64,000 bases of DNA, taken from assembly GCA_003693705.1 (NCBI GenBank), contig RBZT01000716.1, forward strand, positions 30,518 to 94,517, read 5' to 3'. The notes beneath the pieces were generated by a model that saw only the letters and a program-made list of their open reading frames with translations, did no database searches and had not been told where the DNA came from. This DNA comes from Polymyxa betae A26-41. Its lineage: Eukaryota > Protista > Endomyxa: Phytomyxea. Below, piece by piece: positions 62,592 to 64,000 of the stretch; the stretch's first letter is position 1; each line of letters opens with the position of its first letter. A program made the position numbers and the translations under genes.

Positions 62592-63278
62592 CGTGAACGA
62601 CTGAATCCGAATAACCGCACACAGCCCCGCTCTCGGTGCTATACACATGTCACGGCAAGCACAATGAAACCGTGGCAGGTAGGTTTTCTTGCGTCCCGTG
62701 TGGTGTCATACACCTTGAACACGCCATGCCGATCACTTCCCACCTGTCCCGATACATTTGTATCAACCGCAACACGGATTCGACCCGACACCGATCAGGA
62801 AATCTCCTTGTCGTCCGATAGTCTGCAGAAATGCATGGCCAAAATGAGCGTGCAGGGTTTCGGCTGGCTCGCCAAATTTTGCATTGAAGATGTTGAAACT
62901 GTTTATTTAGGTCGTCGAGACACCTCCACTCCCCAAAATCGTTGCCGAGCCCCATTCCAAGCCCGAACCGGTATGTAACCATGTGTCGTTCCGTTATGGT
63001 GATACTCTAATCACGTTATCGATAGTCTCATTTCCGAGCACCTGAACGATGACATCAATGCCGACGAACAGATGCGCATTGCGATGTTCAACAAGCATAA
63101 CCGTAGCAAGAAAGATCCCGGCCGTAAAACGCCTTTTTGTTCGCGGCCGCAGCCCGATACGGCATCGCGAAAGTTTGAGAACTGCACAGCTGCAGCCGTT
63201 ATTTACTGATTATATCTGCACAGATTGGCCAGTTTGCCAAAACCAAACAATGATTTGATGAACATTGGCGCTGTTTGA
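62592..63278. other. ~690-bp foreign insertion in the copia RT
   Basis: RT motif VAKGYS(Q) stops at ~62591 and resumes as VDYHETF at ~63279; the intervening sequence is unrelated; no clear TIR/TSD. Confidence 0.7.
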
Positions 63279-63862
63279 GTCGATTACCATGAAACATTTT
63301 CTGCTGTACTTGCACAAACTTCAATACGAATCCTGATCAGTACTGCCGTCAACAAAAATTGGAAGATGTACCAGAAGGATTTTACTACGGCCTACCATAA
63401 CTCACCACTTCCGTGATTATAAACTCACTTTCTCATTTTACCTCAATATAGAACTCCTCCGTCTAACAGTTTGGAAAACTGGAAACCCGAACAATCTGTC
63501 TTATGGAAGAACAAAGCGGGTAAAGGTTACAAATGGTTAAAAGGTTTCATCAACATGAAAACGTTTAGAAAATTGGGTATTAGACAAGTTGGTAATAACG
63601 ATTTGGACCTTATGTGTGCAATATCACTAAACTGTCTGGACATTACAAACCCCTTTGATTCATGCGCAAACATCGCTGAACATTTTCTCGATAATCTTAT
63701 AGTATCTGAAACCAGATCAATCCATAGCTGGACAGGCCTAGGCTTTGTTTTATCAGCTGTAGCAATAAGATGGGCCTACCAGTGGAGCTTGGAAAGTCCA
63801 GGAAGAGGCCTATAGATGTCGCGTGGTGTGTTATTATAATCGACCCTGCTAGGCGTACGAGT

Positions 63863-63929
63863 ACTCGCAGAAATAGTTGCGCGTACGAGTACTCGTACGC
63901 GTACTCGTACGCGCATTATTTCTGCGAGT
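63863..63929. repeat. Near-perfect fold-back built of CGTACGAGTAC units
   Basis: Arms actcgcagaaata(gt)tgcgcgtacgagtac / gtactcgtacgcgcattatttctgcgagt around a short loop. Confidence 0.85.
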
Positions 63930-64000
63930 TTCTCCTATACAAGGGGTATCCCCTCCCTCCATCTCTCTTAGCTCATACGTACATTCGACAACTTCCTCAA

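Larger units (their letters stand above)
58821..63468 (+). mobile_element. Ty1/copia LTR retrotransposon, defective, 5-bp TSD GTTTG
   Basis: 5' LTR 58821-59104 (TGTTAGACGG...CCGTCTAACA); gag with CRYCKKRGHLKDKC, protease LLDSGA, HRRFGH, integrase TDNGSEY / PYSPQQNG, RT KYKARLVAKGYS / VDYHETF in copia order; last 62 bp of LTR repeated at 63407-63468; GTTTG at 58816-58820 and 63469-63473. Confidence 0.95.

Noticed and set aside
63471-63815. 114-aa ORF beginning within the copia TSD
   Set aside because: Non-ATG start and no recognisable domain

Overview
Eukaryotic, intron-containing, gene-dense DNA with short (~50-190 bp) GT-AG introns and interstitial TTT(T)AGGG telomere-like repeats. Gene content (many signal-peptide proteins, expanded 7TM receptors) suggests a plasmodiophorid-type plant-parasitic protist; this is inference. 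It reads like a fast-evolving receptor/effector region. Receptors: three PA-domain + 7TM genes (one pseudogene), two 7TM-RGS genes (one pseudogene) and two large LamG/Cys-rich class C GPCRs. Secreted candidates: two signal-peptide proteins ending in RING-H2 domains (both RINGs missed or truncated by the ORF track), a tandem PAT-like GNAT, an M3 peptidase-like protein with a broken HExxH motif and an ankyrin protein. Other genes: two bacterial-type (beta-class) GSTs in a duplicated block, mitochondrial Era, a plant XYLT-like GT61 and tRNA-Leu(CAA). Mobile DNA: a Ty1/copia element (GTTTG target-site duplication) 12 bp upstream of the tRNA with two nested insertions, plus several MITEs. The most unusual signals are introns that start with or carry telomeric repeats (including a near-intron pair in paralogs), the tRNA-proximal copia, the secreted RING-H2 pair and the PA-7TM architecture. 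Gene models were spliced by eye and no database searches were run.
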